From Octopus vulgaris (lineage: Eukaryota), in contig OX597827.1 in the NCBI GenBank assembly GCA_951406725.2, positions 28,768,001 to 28,832,000 of the forward strand: DNA of 64,000 bases, read 5' to 3'. Of this stretch, positions 1-12,950 are shown in pieces. Every line of letters starts with the position of its first letter. Positions within the stretch are counted from its first letter, which is position 1. The notes beneath the pieces are model-generated. The model did no database searches. It was not told the origin of the DNA and saw nothing but the letters and a program-made list of their open reading frames with translations. The translations under genes and the position numbers were made by a program.

Positions 1-161
1 GTGTTCTTTAGTAATTCCACCTCGCCTGCCTATATCGCATGTAATCTATCGATATTGTACACACACACATACACATATATGTGTATGTATATATATAGAC
101 ATACACATACATATCTATATATGTATATATACGTATATATGTATAAACACATACACATATA

Positions 162-246
<85 letters not shown>

Positions 247-1461
247 GCATACATACGTATACATTTGTACCCATATATGTAGGAAAGTATGTATATATGC
301 ACTCGGAATATAACATAAATTCTTATGGTCTAAGTTCCCATATATATATACGTATGAATATATATACATATACATATACACATACATATACATATACACA
401 TACATATACACATGTGTGTGTGTGTATGTGTGTATGTATGTGTGTGTGTATGTGTGTGTGTGTATAATGTACGTACGTATGTAAAGGAATGCATAAATTA
501 TTGTTGTTTTTCTTTCACCCTGTAGTCGTAGATCAATTTATCTTCCGAATCAACAATCTGCTACCCAAGCCCCCTCACATCCCATCCATTCCCCCATTAT
601 ACCTAAACACACACCAGCAAATCTCTTCTCCACTTGCTAATATATTATTTCTTCCTTTCCACATTTCCTTGTTCCTTTCCCTTTCGTCTTTATTTATTTA
701 TTACTTAATATACTTTTATTCTTTTACCAGTAACAGCATAGTTTATTTCATGCAACCCCGGCCACGTCATTTTTGTCTTCCATAATTACCCTCCGTTTTA
801 TCAGTCTATACTCCCTAAAGCTCCTTCCCCCCCCCCCATCCCTGTTCTCAGTCTATTTTGTTTATTTCTTCATTTCATCTGTATTTCCTCTCTATTTAAC
901 TCACTCTTTTTTCATTTGTTTTGTTATATGTTATATATATATACATACATTGATACATACATGCATATATATATATTATATAGTATTATATATTATGTAG
1001 TATTATATATTATGTATATATATTTATATATATATATATATATATATATAGTATTATATATCATGTATATATAGTTATATTTATATATATGCAATTATAT
1101 ATAATTACATATGTATATATAGTATTATATATATGTATCAATAGTTTTATATGTATATATTTTTTAAAACATTTTGTATATATATATACGCACGCATATA
1201 CCTGCATTATGGATCTCCATGTGTCTGTATGCCTACGTTCGTTTGTGTGTGTATAAATAAATGTATATATGATTATATTTATGTATGTATGTATGTATGT
1301 ATGTATGTATGTATGTATGTATGTATGTATGTATGTGTGTGTATGAGTGATGTATTTATTGTGCATCACAATGTGAGATATCAGGCTCTTCTATTAGTTT
1401 CACCATGCATAGCGGCTCCTTTGTATATATATCCATATGTATATAAGTACATATATATATT

Positions 1462-1503
<42 letters not shown>

Positions 1504-1504
<1 letters not shown>

Positions 1505-1779
1505 CAATAATAAATCTCTGAACGAGATGTAAACAGTAACTGCTCGACCACGTAAAGTATGCTAGCCATCTCAATATGGTTAACCACTAAGGCTGGGTGT
1601 TACTGTAGCTTTTAGCCCCAGGAGATCATCGTCTCCAGCTGGCTTTAGGCACACTTTCTGTGCCCCTATGGTATTTGCAAAGGGAGGTCATCCCTCTCTC
1701 GTAAACCTAAGCGAAACGCACGGACTGCAGTTACTAGGTTTTGCCTGTCTTCAGCGTACGGCAGTCACCGGTTTACGAT
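1504..1779 (-). repeat. Copy A of a ~350-nt structured PLE pseudo-LTR/retrozyme-like unit, interrupted by the Tx1 insertion
   Basis: Near-identical to 7215-7458 (direct) and 7458-7668 (inverted). Abuts (TA)n and contains several hairpins plus an HHR-like motif. Confidence 0.85.
1717..1760 (-). ncRNA. Minimal type I hammerhead ribozyme variant (GUAA in place of GAAA)
   Basis: Minus strand reads CGUACG-CUGAAGA-CAGG caaaa CCUA-GUAA-CUGCA-GUC-CGUGCG. Stem I CGUACG/CGUGCG, palindromic stem III ACUGCAGU, GUC cleavage triplet. Confidence 0.6.
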
Positions 1780-2039
1780 TAATTCTTTATTACGATTATA
1801 AAATCAGTACATAGAAGAACAATACAGGACATACATACAAAAAAACAGTTAAGTGGTTCGTTTAAAAATTCCCACAATATATGGATTATTCATTATACAA
1901 AAAACAAAAAAAACTGTATTTAAATTGTCCTTTGCATTGACAAATATAACATTACATTAGATTGAAATCTTACCGATATATTTTAAACCCCGGCAACCTA
2001 TAAGGCCCGCAGCTTTCCTTTCCTCTTCTCCATCCATAG

Positions 2040-5000
2040 TTAAACTGGGTTTCTGACACCCACCTTTTTCGCCACTTCCTTCCATCTTTTTTCATACACA
2101 CCTCGTGGTAAGGTCTTCTTTTCCAGCCCCATTTTGCTCTTCAGGTGATATCTGAAGTAAGTGAGCAAGCCGGGGCCTGAGACAAAGGATCCTATTGCGA
2201 CTCCTTCCATTCTTGTACGCCACATGCATTCTTTTACTACTGCAACCGTGCAGTGAAAAGATGCCTCACCTTCCTTCGAGAGTCCAGTTGGCGGTATTAT
2301 CTTAATCATAGACTCATCCGACAGCTGTATTCGTCCCAGATGCGATAACACGTGTTCTGCGTAACTTATCAAGTCTGACAACTGCCGACAGTGTACAAAA
2401 GCGTGCTGGACGGTTTCATCGTCCAACCCGCATCTTGGAAATGTCGGTGGCACTGAAATTCCCTGCCGCGATAACTTCTCGCGAACAGGTAAAGCATTCC
2501 TATAACACTGCCAGGCCAGGGATCTTTGGAAATTATCCAAATACCCCGTTCTGAAAGTCTTTTTAAACAGGTTGGTAAGCTGGTCCTCGTCGAACCCCAG
2601 AGCCCCTCCTAGGACGTCGTCGTTCTTTGCCTCTACCAGCCTGCTATAAAATACCGAGGTGGTATTTCCGCAGCCGGCCTTGCCCGCCTTGTGGAATAGC
2701 ATGAGTGCCTGTCGGCACTCCTTTTGCCATAAAGTCAGATTCCGTCTTTTGATGCAACCGGGTTTAAAATTTACTAAGGAAGCCGGTCTCGGGAAAAATT
2801 CCCCTGCCAGCGGACTCCACACCTTATAACCCTCCAGGTGGTGCCAGAGATGCTTCAGCCTCAACGCATGTCTGCGCATCATCAACCAAGGCATTCCTAA
2901 CCCACCCTTTAACGGTTCCTGGCAGCAAACGGAGCGCCTCACAAGTGGCTTTCCTCCCTTCCACAAAAAGCGGAAAAGGATTCGCTCCAACTTGCTAAGC
3001 CATGAATCGGGGCAAGGGCAACGGTCAGGCGGTAAATGATTACAGATGCAATAAACATCTGTACCACCTCCGCCCTTCCTTTCAAGGACAGAAACCTTCC
3101 GGACCAGGTCCGTACTATGGCCTCCACCTTGCCCGTCACCTCACTCCAATTCCTCTCCGTTTGGGAGTCTGGCCCAAACCAAACTCCTAGCAATTTAACA
3201 GGACCATCTGTCCAGTGTCCTATGGCACTGGACGATATCGACTTGCTCCTCCAGGTGCCGAGGCGTAAGCCAATCGACTTGTCCTTGTTAACTTTTGCTC
3301 CTGCCACCGCCTCGTATCCTCTGATAGCATCTTCTACACAAGGTAGCTGAGCCTAATTGGACACGATGAGGGTGACGTCATCCGCATAAGCAGAAACCGT
3401 CCCCCCGCCTCCGATCTCATCCGAGTTACTTCCCAGCCTCTCCAACTTTCGCAGCAATGGCTCGAGAGCCAACACGTACAAAAGTGGTGATAAGGGGCAC
3501 CCTTGACGAACTGAACATTCGATCGAAAACGGTTCCGTTAGGTAACCGTTTATCTGGACGATGAACTTGATGCTGCTATACATAGCGGAGATCCACCCGC
3601 GAAATTCAGGGCCCAGTCCAGCCGCTTCGAGGACCGTCGCCAGGTACTTATGGTCTACCCTATCGAACGCTTTACTTTGGTCTAAATGGACCATTACCCC
3701 GCCCTTGCCGGTTAATTTACCCACCCTATCTAAGGTGTAGCGTATAAGGTGAAGATTGTCCTGGATCGACTTGCCTGGAATTGCACATGTCTGTGCTTTC
3801 CCTACAAGTTTCTCCACGACAACCGTCAACCTTTTTGCCAACACCTTGGCCAAAATCTTTAACTCTACATTAAGTAGAGTTATGGGCCTGTAATTACTCA
3901 TGTTATCCCCCTTGTTCGGGTCTTTCTGGCATAGCGTCACCACTCCCCGGCTTACAGAACTGGGAATTCTCCCGTTCTGCTGCCAGTTCGCGTAGACGCC
4001 TGCCAGTATTCCCCCGAACAAGTCCGGCATACTTTGATAAAACTCGTAGGGCAGACCATCCAGCCCCGGCGACTTCTCCCCGGCGCATCCGGCCAGTACC
4101 CCCTCTATCTCCGCGGGAGTGATCGCTCCTTCACAGCACTCCACCTCAAGCCCCGAGAGCCGCGGTCCGCCGGCTAGGAAGTCCTTTGAGGCCCTCCCCC
4201 GCTCCAGCGAACCACCACCCCCGAACGCGCGGGCGAAATGCTGGTGAAGAAACTTTTGCATCTCTTCCTGTCCATAGATCTTGTGTCCCTGTTCGTCAGT
4301 TAAAGACTTGATTGAAGCTTTGTTGTCTCTCTGACTCTCCACTCGACGGGCCCATCCGGCAACGTTAATACCTTCTCGTTTCCCTGCGCGTAGCTTAGCT
4401 CTAACTCTGCAACCTTCGTGTTTGGAGTTAAGGTGACGGTACAATACCGTCCTTGCCGCCATCACTCCGTATGCAGAGCCAGATCCCATTGCCTCGTTTA
4501 GATTCTTAACTAAATCGTCCTCTATCCTAGACCTATCTAACCTTAGCTGATTGCTAAATCTAATGGACTCTGAACGAATGGCTCTTTTGAGGGAGTGCCA
4601 CCATCTATTGTTAATGATGGTGCCACATAATGCCCTCTGTACTAACACCTTAATCCGGGTACGGAAGTCTTCACAATTCAAAATAGACTTGTTCAGCTTC
4701 CAGTACCCGGGTCCCTGTCTATGACACTTATCTAATTGCACCATACAAGTCACAAATTTTGTGATCCGTGTAAGGCACAATGTGAAACTGTGGACAACTA
4801 AACGTATCCTTATCTCTTTTCCTAACGAATATCCTATCTATATACGATCTGCGTGAGCCGTCGTTGTTACTCCACGTCCACTGTGGAACGCTCGGCTCAT
4901 CCAGTCGATAACGGTCTACTAGATTAAAGCTCTCTAGTAGACCCTTGAGGCTAGGGTTCCCCTTCCTATTCGTTGAGCCAACACTGTCGACCCGCGCTTC

Positions 5001-5416
5001 GAGGACAGTTTTCAAGTCCCCTACTAAGACTACCGTTTTCGACGTCCCTAAAAAGTGCTCCAGATTCCGAAAAAACCCCGACAGCCTACACTCATTCGGA
5101 GCGTAGACAGCTACCAACTTGAAGGATTGTTTACTTACGTGGGTCACATCCAGAACGACCAGCCTGCCTTCTGGGTCCAGAAAGACAGTACTTACCTGCA
5201 AGTCCAAACTCTTCCTGATAAGGACTGCCACGCCCCTTCCTCCTCCTCGGCTAGGAGAAATAAATTTAGAAGAGGCGAGAACGCTTGGGCCCCGTTCATC
5301 TTGGACTCGGTTACAATAGCTACGTCCACTCCGTGTGTCGTGAGGTCGTTCAGGAGACAAATTTGTTTCCATTTCGACCCCATTCCACGCACATTCACAC
5401 AACCCAGCTTTGCCAT
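2040..5416 (-). pseudogene. Tx1 ORF2 (AP endonuclease + reverse transcriptase), several frameshifts/stops
   Basis: APE motifs MAKLGCVNVRG, VYAPN, SYIDRIF, YTDH; GPGYWKLN. RT motifs KSPGLDGL, NYRPITLLN, LDQSKAFDRV, VRQGCPLSPLL, AYADD. C-terminal GGLG and PRCG..ETVQHAFVHC. Confidence 0.92.
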
Positions 5417-5442
5417 TGTCGGAGAGAGAGAAAAAAATAAAC

Positions 5443-6880
5443 TTACGGTTGGGACAGGGAGCATGACAGTTTAAATCTGCATGCTTCCCCTTCTTCCTCC
5501 CTTGTAGTCGTAGCTGCAGGGCTCTTAACCGGCGTTGCCATCGGGCTCTGGGTAGGTGTGGTTGCCGGGGTTATAGTAAGTTTGCCCTCCAGTATTTCGT
5601 TAGTTACGTCTCTGATAAGGTTATTTTTTAAATGTTCTTGGAGTGTTTTTTCCTTCCACTCGTCTTCCTTTATTTTTGCAAAACGAGTGGTCGATTTAGT
5701 GTCTGCAGACTTACTGAATAATTTCAGTTTTGAAAATTTTAAATACTTGAACACTCTATCGTTTCTCTCGTCGAATGCTACAATCTTTTCATTTTTTTAA
5801 TCAATTTTTTCCAATCTTGTTTTATGGGGAGGGGCTTGGTGAACTGTGTTCCAATGACTACAGTGCCGTGGGGAATACAGGGCTGGGGAATTTGTTTTGT
5901 ATGTATCTCTGCGGTGTTTGCTGATTTTTTCTTTGTTTGGGGAGAGGAGTCCAGGGTATTTTCTTTTTTTCTTTTGTGTGTCACCTGTGTAAATTCCATT
6001 TGTTCATTTTTATCTTCCTTTTCGATTCCCTTCCTTGTCGCAGTCTTGGGGTCTTTTTCCGCCTTTTCTTTTTCTGTGTTTGAAGCACTTTGAAGAGGGG
6101 CTTCGCTGTTTTTCTTTTTTTTTATGCAGTTCGAGCGGACGTAACCCTTTTCACCACATTTGAAACACCTAGGTCTGCGCTCCTCCACTGACACTCTCAT
6201 TGTAATTCCCTCCTCAATAAATACCCTATCGGGTAAGTTTTCTAGCACATTATTTTCTGCTTGAACGAGGAGTTCGAGCGCTTGTCCCTTCCAGTTTACC
6301 TCCTCTTTCCTTTTCATCTGCAGAATTGAGACTTTCTGCTCTACGTCGTGCAGAACCGCCGCTGCTACCCACATTATATCATATCCTCTTGGAATGTCTT
6401 CCACATATAGTTTCGCAGTTCTTTTTCCCATATAGGTAGGTAGTAACATGATGTCCTCACTTTTTAAGGTCATCGATGAAATCTCTCTTGCCACATCAGC
6501 CGAGTCGAAATGTGCTTCAACGGTAGCGCTGCGGGCACCTCGACCGACGTAGCGAATTTTGCTCCACACCGGGGACAAGCACTTCTCTACTATTTCGTTC
6601 TTCACGTCCATTATTTTTTTTCTTTGTTACTGTAAACCTTGTACACGACTGTCTTGGCCTTTATTTCCTGTAATATCGCTTGCGGCGGTACCAGTTTTAT
6701 TTCGTTGCCTTCCTTTTTGACTAAGTTCCGGTATTCGAACAACTGTTCTATTTTAAATTCCACTTCCGTTACGGTTCCGCCCACTGCGGCCGAAAAAGAC
6801 TGTTTTCTAACCTCGATATCCTTCTGTTCGCCTTTTCCCATCACGGGAAAGTCGCTCCTCGACGCCAAGTCGAACTCCAT
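5443..6880 (-). pseudogene. Tx1 ORF1 (gag-like nucleic-acid-binding protein), frameshifted
   Basis: Fragments 6611-6880, 5778-6611 and 5443-5754. Contains an SFSAAV motif, a degenerate CCHC knuckle (CFKCGEKGYVRSNC) and a Lys-rich tail. Confidence 0.8.
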
Positions 6881-7138
6881 TTCTCAAATTATGAGAACCA
6901 ATTTTTCAAAAAAAAAAAAAAAAAAAATTACCCCGAAGGTAATAACAATGTTTATACACAGAATTTTCACCCCCGTAGGGCGAAAATTACTGTCACGCAA
7001 CGGACAACTGTTCAATTCACGAGCAAACACAAACAACGACGAACAAAAAACGAACTCACTCAACAAAATAGGTAGCTAACTTCTCAATACGCAGATGAAA
7101 GAGGGGTCCCTAGACGAGTCAAAACACCGGTTTACGAT

Positions 7139-7666
7139 GAAAGTGAGACTTGTTTGCAAATACTTTAGGTTTTTCAAGTAACTTCCGTCACTGATTTCGA
7201 AAAACGGTCTGCAAGCAATAATAAATCTCTGAACGAGATGTAAACAGTAACTGCTCGACAACGTAAAGTACACTAGCCATCTCAATATGGCTAACCACTA
7301 AGGCTGGGTGTTACTGTAGCTTTTAGCCTAAGGAGATCATCGTCTCCAACTGGCTTTAGGCACGCTTTCTGTGCCCTTATGGTATTTGCAAAGGGAGGTC
7401 ATCCCTCTCTCGTAAACCTAAGCGACGCGCACGCACTGCAGTTTCTAGGTGTTTGCCTACGCTGAAGACAGGCAAAAACCTAGTAACTGCAGTCCGTGCG
7501 TGTAGCTTAGGTTTACGAGAGAGGGATGACCTCCCTTTGCGAATACCATAAGGGCACAGAAAGTGTGCCTAAAGCCAGCTGGAGACGATGATCTCCTGGG
7601 GCTAAAAGCTACAATAACACCCAGCCTTAGTGGTTAGCCATATTGAGATGGCTAGTATACTTTACG

Positions 7667-7668
<2 letters not shown>
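7139..7668. repeat. Remainder of the structured unit, then direct copy B (7215-7458) and inverted copy C (7458-7668), forming a palindrome with ~200-bp arms
   Basis: 7215 onward matches 1504 onward; 7468-7667 is the reverse complement of ~7262-7458. Ends at (TA)n. Confidence 0.85.
7458..7498 (+). ncRNA. Hammerhead variant (GUAA core), second copy
   Basis: UACG-CUGAAGA-CAGG caaaaa CCUA-GUAA-CUGCA-GUC-CGUG. Confidence 0.55.
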
Positions 7669-7701
<33 letters not shown>

Positions 7702-7705
<4 letters not shown>

Positions 7706-10071
7706 TATTTAAGTAGACAAATGAATTATCTTATTACGGATAATTCGAAAGATAACCGATACCTTAGATACCTCGGGAAAATCACTAAGGATATAAACAG
7801 CTCAGACGGAATCCTAGTTCAATCTGATAAAACAAGGAATACTTACAAGCTACCTATAAACCAGTATTTAGAATTACTCAAGAAAGAAATCCAGAAGAAT
7901 TACAGAACTACAAATAAGAATACACTGAGAAGAGTCAATTTGGAGATTAAGGAAATTATGTTAAATTATGGGCTTCAAATGAAAACCCAACCGCTTAACC
8001 CAAGGCAACCCAGATTCATCGTTAAGGACCACAAACCAAATTTTCGCAACAATCCAGCATTAAGGCTCATATGCCCTTCTAGTTCCGACATCGGTTCCAT
8101 CAGTAAGTACATTTTAGACAAATACATACCTAGATTAGTTAATAAGCTTAAGCTTAATCTTTGGGCGAGCTCCTCGCAAGTCGTAAATTGGTTCTCTTCT
8201 ATTTCTAATAAAAACAGAACTAAGTTCATTCAGTTCGATATTGCTAATTTCTACCCCTCGATTAATCCTAGTGTACTCAATAAGGCCCTATAGCATGCGC
8301 ATAATAAGGCAGGCCTCACAAGGGAAGAAATTAATATAATTCTAGTGGCCAGAAAATCCTTTATACAGTGTGAAGATAAGTTATGGGTCCGTAAGGATAC
8401 TCCCAACGAGTTCGATGTGTCAATGGGAAGCTCAGATAGCGCCCAGATAGCCGATTTGGTCGGAATCTATATTCCCTATGAATTAGCCGACCAATTCCCG
8501 GACATCGCCGGCGGTCTATATCGTGACGATTGTCTGTTTTACCTACAGAATACCCCGAATAGAATGATACAGAAAACTAAAAATAGATTAGCTAGGTTCT
8601 TTAGTAGGATGGGCATGAGCATAGTTTTCGATAACGAACTTACTAAGGCCAATTTCTTAGATGTTACACTAAATCTACATAGCAATTCTTACTGCCCCTA
8701 CCATAAACCTTCCACAAACCTAAAATATGTCAGTGTTTTCTCTAACCACGCAAAAACTATCACAGACAATTTAGTTAAAAATATTTCTTTAAGATTATCA
8801 AATTTATCTGCCAACGTCGACATTTTTAAGCATAAAGCGGAATTCTATAATCCCGCCCTGTCTAAAGCCGGTTATAGGGAAAAGGTAGCATATATTGACC
8901 CGGCCCTTCCGAAACAAGTATTTGCTCATCAGGATAAGTCAACTTACAATAATATAAATAATATAAGAAATGTCGTCACAAATATAGCTAACATAAATAA
9001 TTTGCGGTCCAAGGGAGACCACCGTAGGCCAAAACCCATTCTTCAACCCAGAGATGCCCCCCTTAATGTAAGAGTTTACTCTCCGAGCCAGTATAAGAAC
9101 AGAAAGAACTATATCCGGTTTGTGATTCCCTTTGGAAAACAAATCAGATCTAACCTACCGTTGCAGTTTCGCCAAGCCATTGCCAAGAATTTTCCCAGAA
9201 AACTCCACTATAAATTCGCACAAAGTAAGGATAGCTTTCTCAAATACTAAAAATCTTTCACAGATAATTGCCTCCCAAAACAATAAGCTGCTAAATAAGG
9301 CCCCGTCACCCATGAGCAGAGACACTGCCCCGTCAAATTCCAACATAACATATAGTAATAATAATAATAATAGAAATAGCACAGATATTAGCAACCTTCA
9401 TACCAGCATTGGCGTTAGTAATAGTAATAAGGATAAGAGCACTGGCCTGGTCATTAACGGAGGGGGTCTCAACAATAATAGTAGCAGCGGTTTTAGCAAC
9501 AGTAGTTTTACGGACAATATCAATCACAGCATTCCCAGAAACGGAATGTGCAGGTGATATTGCCTTAAATAGTAATGAAAATAAGTTGACTAGTATCGAA
9601 TCCAGCGGTAGTTTTTACAACCATCATAGTAATAAGAACGCTGTATTAGTATCGGAAACTAATCCCAATAGATTAAGGTTCTTATCAAATAACTCCAAAA
9701 TTAGAAACGCCACTTACCAGTGCAAAATTTATGCTGGATCCGATGTCTACCTCTATATCGGCGCTACCTCCTCAAAATTAGCCACAAGAATATCAAATCA
9801 TTTTCCCACGTTTCGTGATAAAAGGAAACAACACGCCACGGGGCTAAGCAAATTAGTCTGGCGTTTGAAGAACGCAAATTCAACTTTTAGGCTGGAATGG
9901 TCAATATTATCGGTGTCCTTACCGTTTAATAAGGGCAGAAAAATCTGTGCCCTCTGTAATTCCGAACTCTTTCATATTCTGTTTGCCCGAGGCCGACTAA
10001 TAAACTCGATTGTCGAGAGTTCTTTCAGATGCCTACACTGGAAAAAGCATACCTTTCTCTCATACCAATGA
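7702..10071 (+). pseudogene. PLE RT + GIY-YIG endonuclease ORF, with an in-frame TAG at 8291 and frameshifts near 9200 and 9550
   Basis: ORF fragments 7643-8293, 8345-9250, 9132-9557 and 9409-10071 line up as RT-thumb-linker-EN. Confidence 0.88.
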
Positions 10072-10646
10072 AGTCTAATATAGATAACCCCTGGATTTCC
10101 TAAAAAATTGAAAGGTGATATCTCATCCCTTTTAGTATAAAAGACTTTCTCATAGTTGCTAAGAACTACTACCAACCCCAGCAGTAACCTTGTATCTTGT
10201 CATTACTATTGTGGCCACCATCTGCCCTCTCCCTATTAAGTTGACACATTCGAACACACAGACACAGTCTTTTCAGTTCTTGACTGTTAATTCTTGTTAT
10301 CTCTTTCTCTCTGCCTTCCACACACACATTCACGCATTCAAAGACGCACACACACACACATTAAGGCAATTTTACACACTCATACATATGAGCACTCATT
10401 CATGAAATAAATCAAATATAAACATCAGTCATACAGAATACATTCCCTCACTTTAATTTTCCTATTCCTTCCTTCCCCTACCTTAATTCAACCCTTGAAC
10501 TTTTTCAACGGACAATTTCTCCTGCTTTCAACCAATCCGGCGTCACCCCCTATAAATAGACATTATTTATCATTATCTTTATGGGCTCCTAGTGAGCGGT
10601 CGTCGAAAAACTTGTTGTGAATTTTGTTGGAGAATTAAGTTCCTGG

Positions 10647-10732
10647 ATTTTCCTGAAGAGAAAGCTGCATAATGGACTCCTTATTCATTCGGAATTAGGG
10701 ACTTTGCAGACTTCGAAACATATGTCGAAAAT
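10647..10732 (+). ncRNA. Type I hammerhead ribozyme in the PLE pLTR
   Basis: AUUUUC-CUGAAGA-G..CUGCA...UGCAG..C-GAAA-CAUAU-GUC-GAAAAU. Palindromic stem III ACAUAUGU. Confidence 0.8.
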
Positions 10733-10782
10733 AAAATAAAGGAATTTTGTTAAATCTTCGTTCAGCTCCATTCTTTCATATA

Positions 10783-10843
<61 letters not shown>

Positions 10844-11668
10844 ATATACACATATATACATACATATATATGTATATACGCACACATGCATACAGACATA
10901 CTAAGACATTGACACACCCACTCACAAATAGTGTCGGGATAAACGTTTCTGTCTTCTATTTCTTGTAGACAAGACAATATCTCAATTAAGTAAAACTAAT
11001 CCTGATTATTGCCAAAAACAAAACCACAAAGAACAAAGAGAATCAAACCCAAGAATTTTATACACTTCCGTTTCGTTCTACATAAACGAAAATGCAATGA
11101 TGCGACAATTCTAACACTAATTCGTTTCTAGTATTTCCATTCCATTTCCTTCCACCCCTTTGCCAACCCGATTTTGTAGAATTTCCTGTAAATAACTCGT
11201 CAAACTGAGAGAACAATCTGATTTGTCAAACGCCACCTGTAAAATTTATTAAAATCTTCATATTTATATATGCCACATCGAATTGAATAAGATTAGATAT
11301 CTTATGTACTATTTATCCGTCCAGTTGTCGAAGATTTGCTTCTTCCCAAAATTGGTAATCAATCTCTAACATTCTTTGGAATAGTAAGGTGGGGAGCTAG
11401 CAGAATCGTTAGTACACCGGACAAAATGTGTAACGGCATTTCCTCCGTCCTTATATCCTTGAGTAAAGGACTTTCCTCTTCCGCTAAATTGCTGGTCTTG
11501 TGCCAAAATTTGAAACGAATATTCTTTAGATTACCATCATTTTATTTCATTATTTTTTTTTGTATTTGCAAAATTCTTAATGTGAAATCGTGTATTGAAA
11601 CAGATCTTGTTTGTTGAGAGGGTCGTTATTTAACCAATGAGTATACGCCCTGTTTCCGTTACATTTCC

Positions 11669-11717
11669 GTTATTATTATTATTGCTATTATTATTTATAT
11701 TATTTTTTTTATTAATA

Positions 11718-11790
<73 letters not shown>

Positions 11791-11819
11791 CATCATTATC
11801 ATCATCATCATCATTATTA

Positions 11820-11892
<73 letters not shown>
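11669..11892. repeat. (TTA)n/(TCA)n microsatellite
   Basis: Direct observation. Confidence 0.95.
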
Positions 11893-11896
<4 letters not shown>

Positions 11897-12582
11897 TAGT
11901 TTTATTTTTATAGCGTGCTTTCACTTCACTACCGAGCGCAGCTCTGTGTGCCTTGGGTATGTGCTGTGATTTGTTGTGATGCTCTGATGGTTATTGTATG
12001 GAAAGTGTTCTGCGTAGGATGTGTGCAGTGCCTAGTAGTGCAATTTTCTGTATGTTATATGTGTTTGTAAGTCCTGGTGTTTTTGTTATGTATTTGTCTG
12101 AATATTTTTTTATCATGCCTAATGCACCTACTATGATAGGAATTGTTTCTGTTTTCAGGTTCCACATTCTAGTTACCTCTATTTCCAGGTCTTTGTATTT
12201 TGAGAGTTTCTCCATTTCTTTTAGAGACACGTTGTCATCTGCCGGTATTGATACATCAATTAGAAAGCATTTTTTTTCTTCATGATCTCTGACAACTATA
12301 TCTGGTCTGTTGGCCTTAATTTCTCTATCTGTGTGTATCGGCATATCCCAGAGTATGGTTGCTTTCTCGTTTTCTGTGACCTTTTCTGGTGTGTGCCTAT
12401 ACCATCTTTTTTCTGTTGTTATTCCATAATGTTGGCATAGCTTCCAATGTATGTAGGTTCCAACTCTGTCATGTCTGTGAATATATTCCTTCTTAGCCAA
12501 GACTGGGCAGCTAGAGATAATATGATTTATTGTTTCTTGTCCATTTCCACATATTCTGCAGTTACTTGTAATATTTCTTTTC
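11892..12582 (-). mobile_element. R4/Dong-clade (RLE) non-LTR retrotransposon 3' fragment in (TAA)n
   Basis: Zinc-knuckle end HIISSC..., RHD, LWD, NRPDIVV, LIDVSIP, EKLSKYKDL, PIIVGALG (ORF 11991-12500). (TTA)n on both flanks. Confidence 0.9.
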
Positions 12583-12649
<67 letters not shown>

Positions 12650-12679
12650 TTTATTATCATCGTAGTTGTTGTTATTATT

Positions 12680-12950
12680 ATTCAGTAGTCTTATTTTTGT
12701 CACATGCACTACCGAGCGTAGTGCGTAGTCCTAGGATGTACGCGGTGCCTCTTAGTGCTATGTCCCGTATGTTATATACATTTGTAAGTCCTGGTGTTTT
12801 GGTTAGGTATTAGTCCAAATATGTTTTAATCATAACTAATGTATCTATTATCATTATAGGCTCCTATTTCGGATTACCTCTATTTCCAGATCTTTGTATT
12901 TTGAGAGATTCTCCGCTTCTTTTAGTAATTTTCATCTGTTGGTATTGAAT
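12680..12950 (-). mobile_element. Second, degenerate 3' fragment of the same R4/Dong family
   Basis: Colinear similarity to 11892-12250 (ttcagtagt..., actaccgagcg, gtaagtcctggtgtttt, tttgtattttgagag). Confidence 0.8.

Larger units (their letters stand above)
1780..7124 (-). mobile_element. Tx1/L1-clade non-LTR retrotransposon, near full length, disrupted
   Basis: ORF1 has a zinc-knuckle remnant; ORF2 has APE + RT + C-terminal Cys/His motif. 14-bp TSD CACCGGTTTACGAT at 1766-1779 and 7125-7138. AATAAA near the 3' end. Confidence 0.93.
7702..10785 (+). mobile_element. Penelope-like element (Hydra-clade-like), 5'-truncated, inserted in (TA)n
   Basis: PLE RT motifs KDHKPNF, RLICP, FDIANFYPSI, FDVSMGS, GLYRDD, NFLDVTL. 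C-terminal GIY-YIG (YQC..YIGAT..R..NH..W.I..CALC..E). HHR in the 3' pLTR. (TA)n on both sides. Confidence 0.9.

Noticed and set aside
8291-9557. Selenocysteine read-through of PLE stop codons, as in some Naiad PLEs
   Set aside because: The in-frame stop at 8291 is TAG, the TGA at 9555 is followed by another stop within a few codons, and domain order is RT-EN rather than EN-RT. Ordinary decay is more likely.
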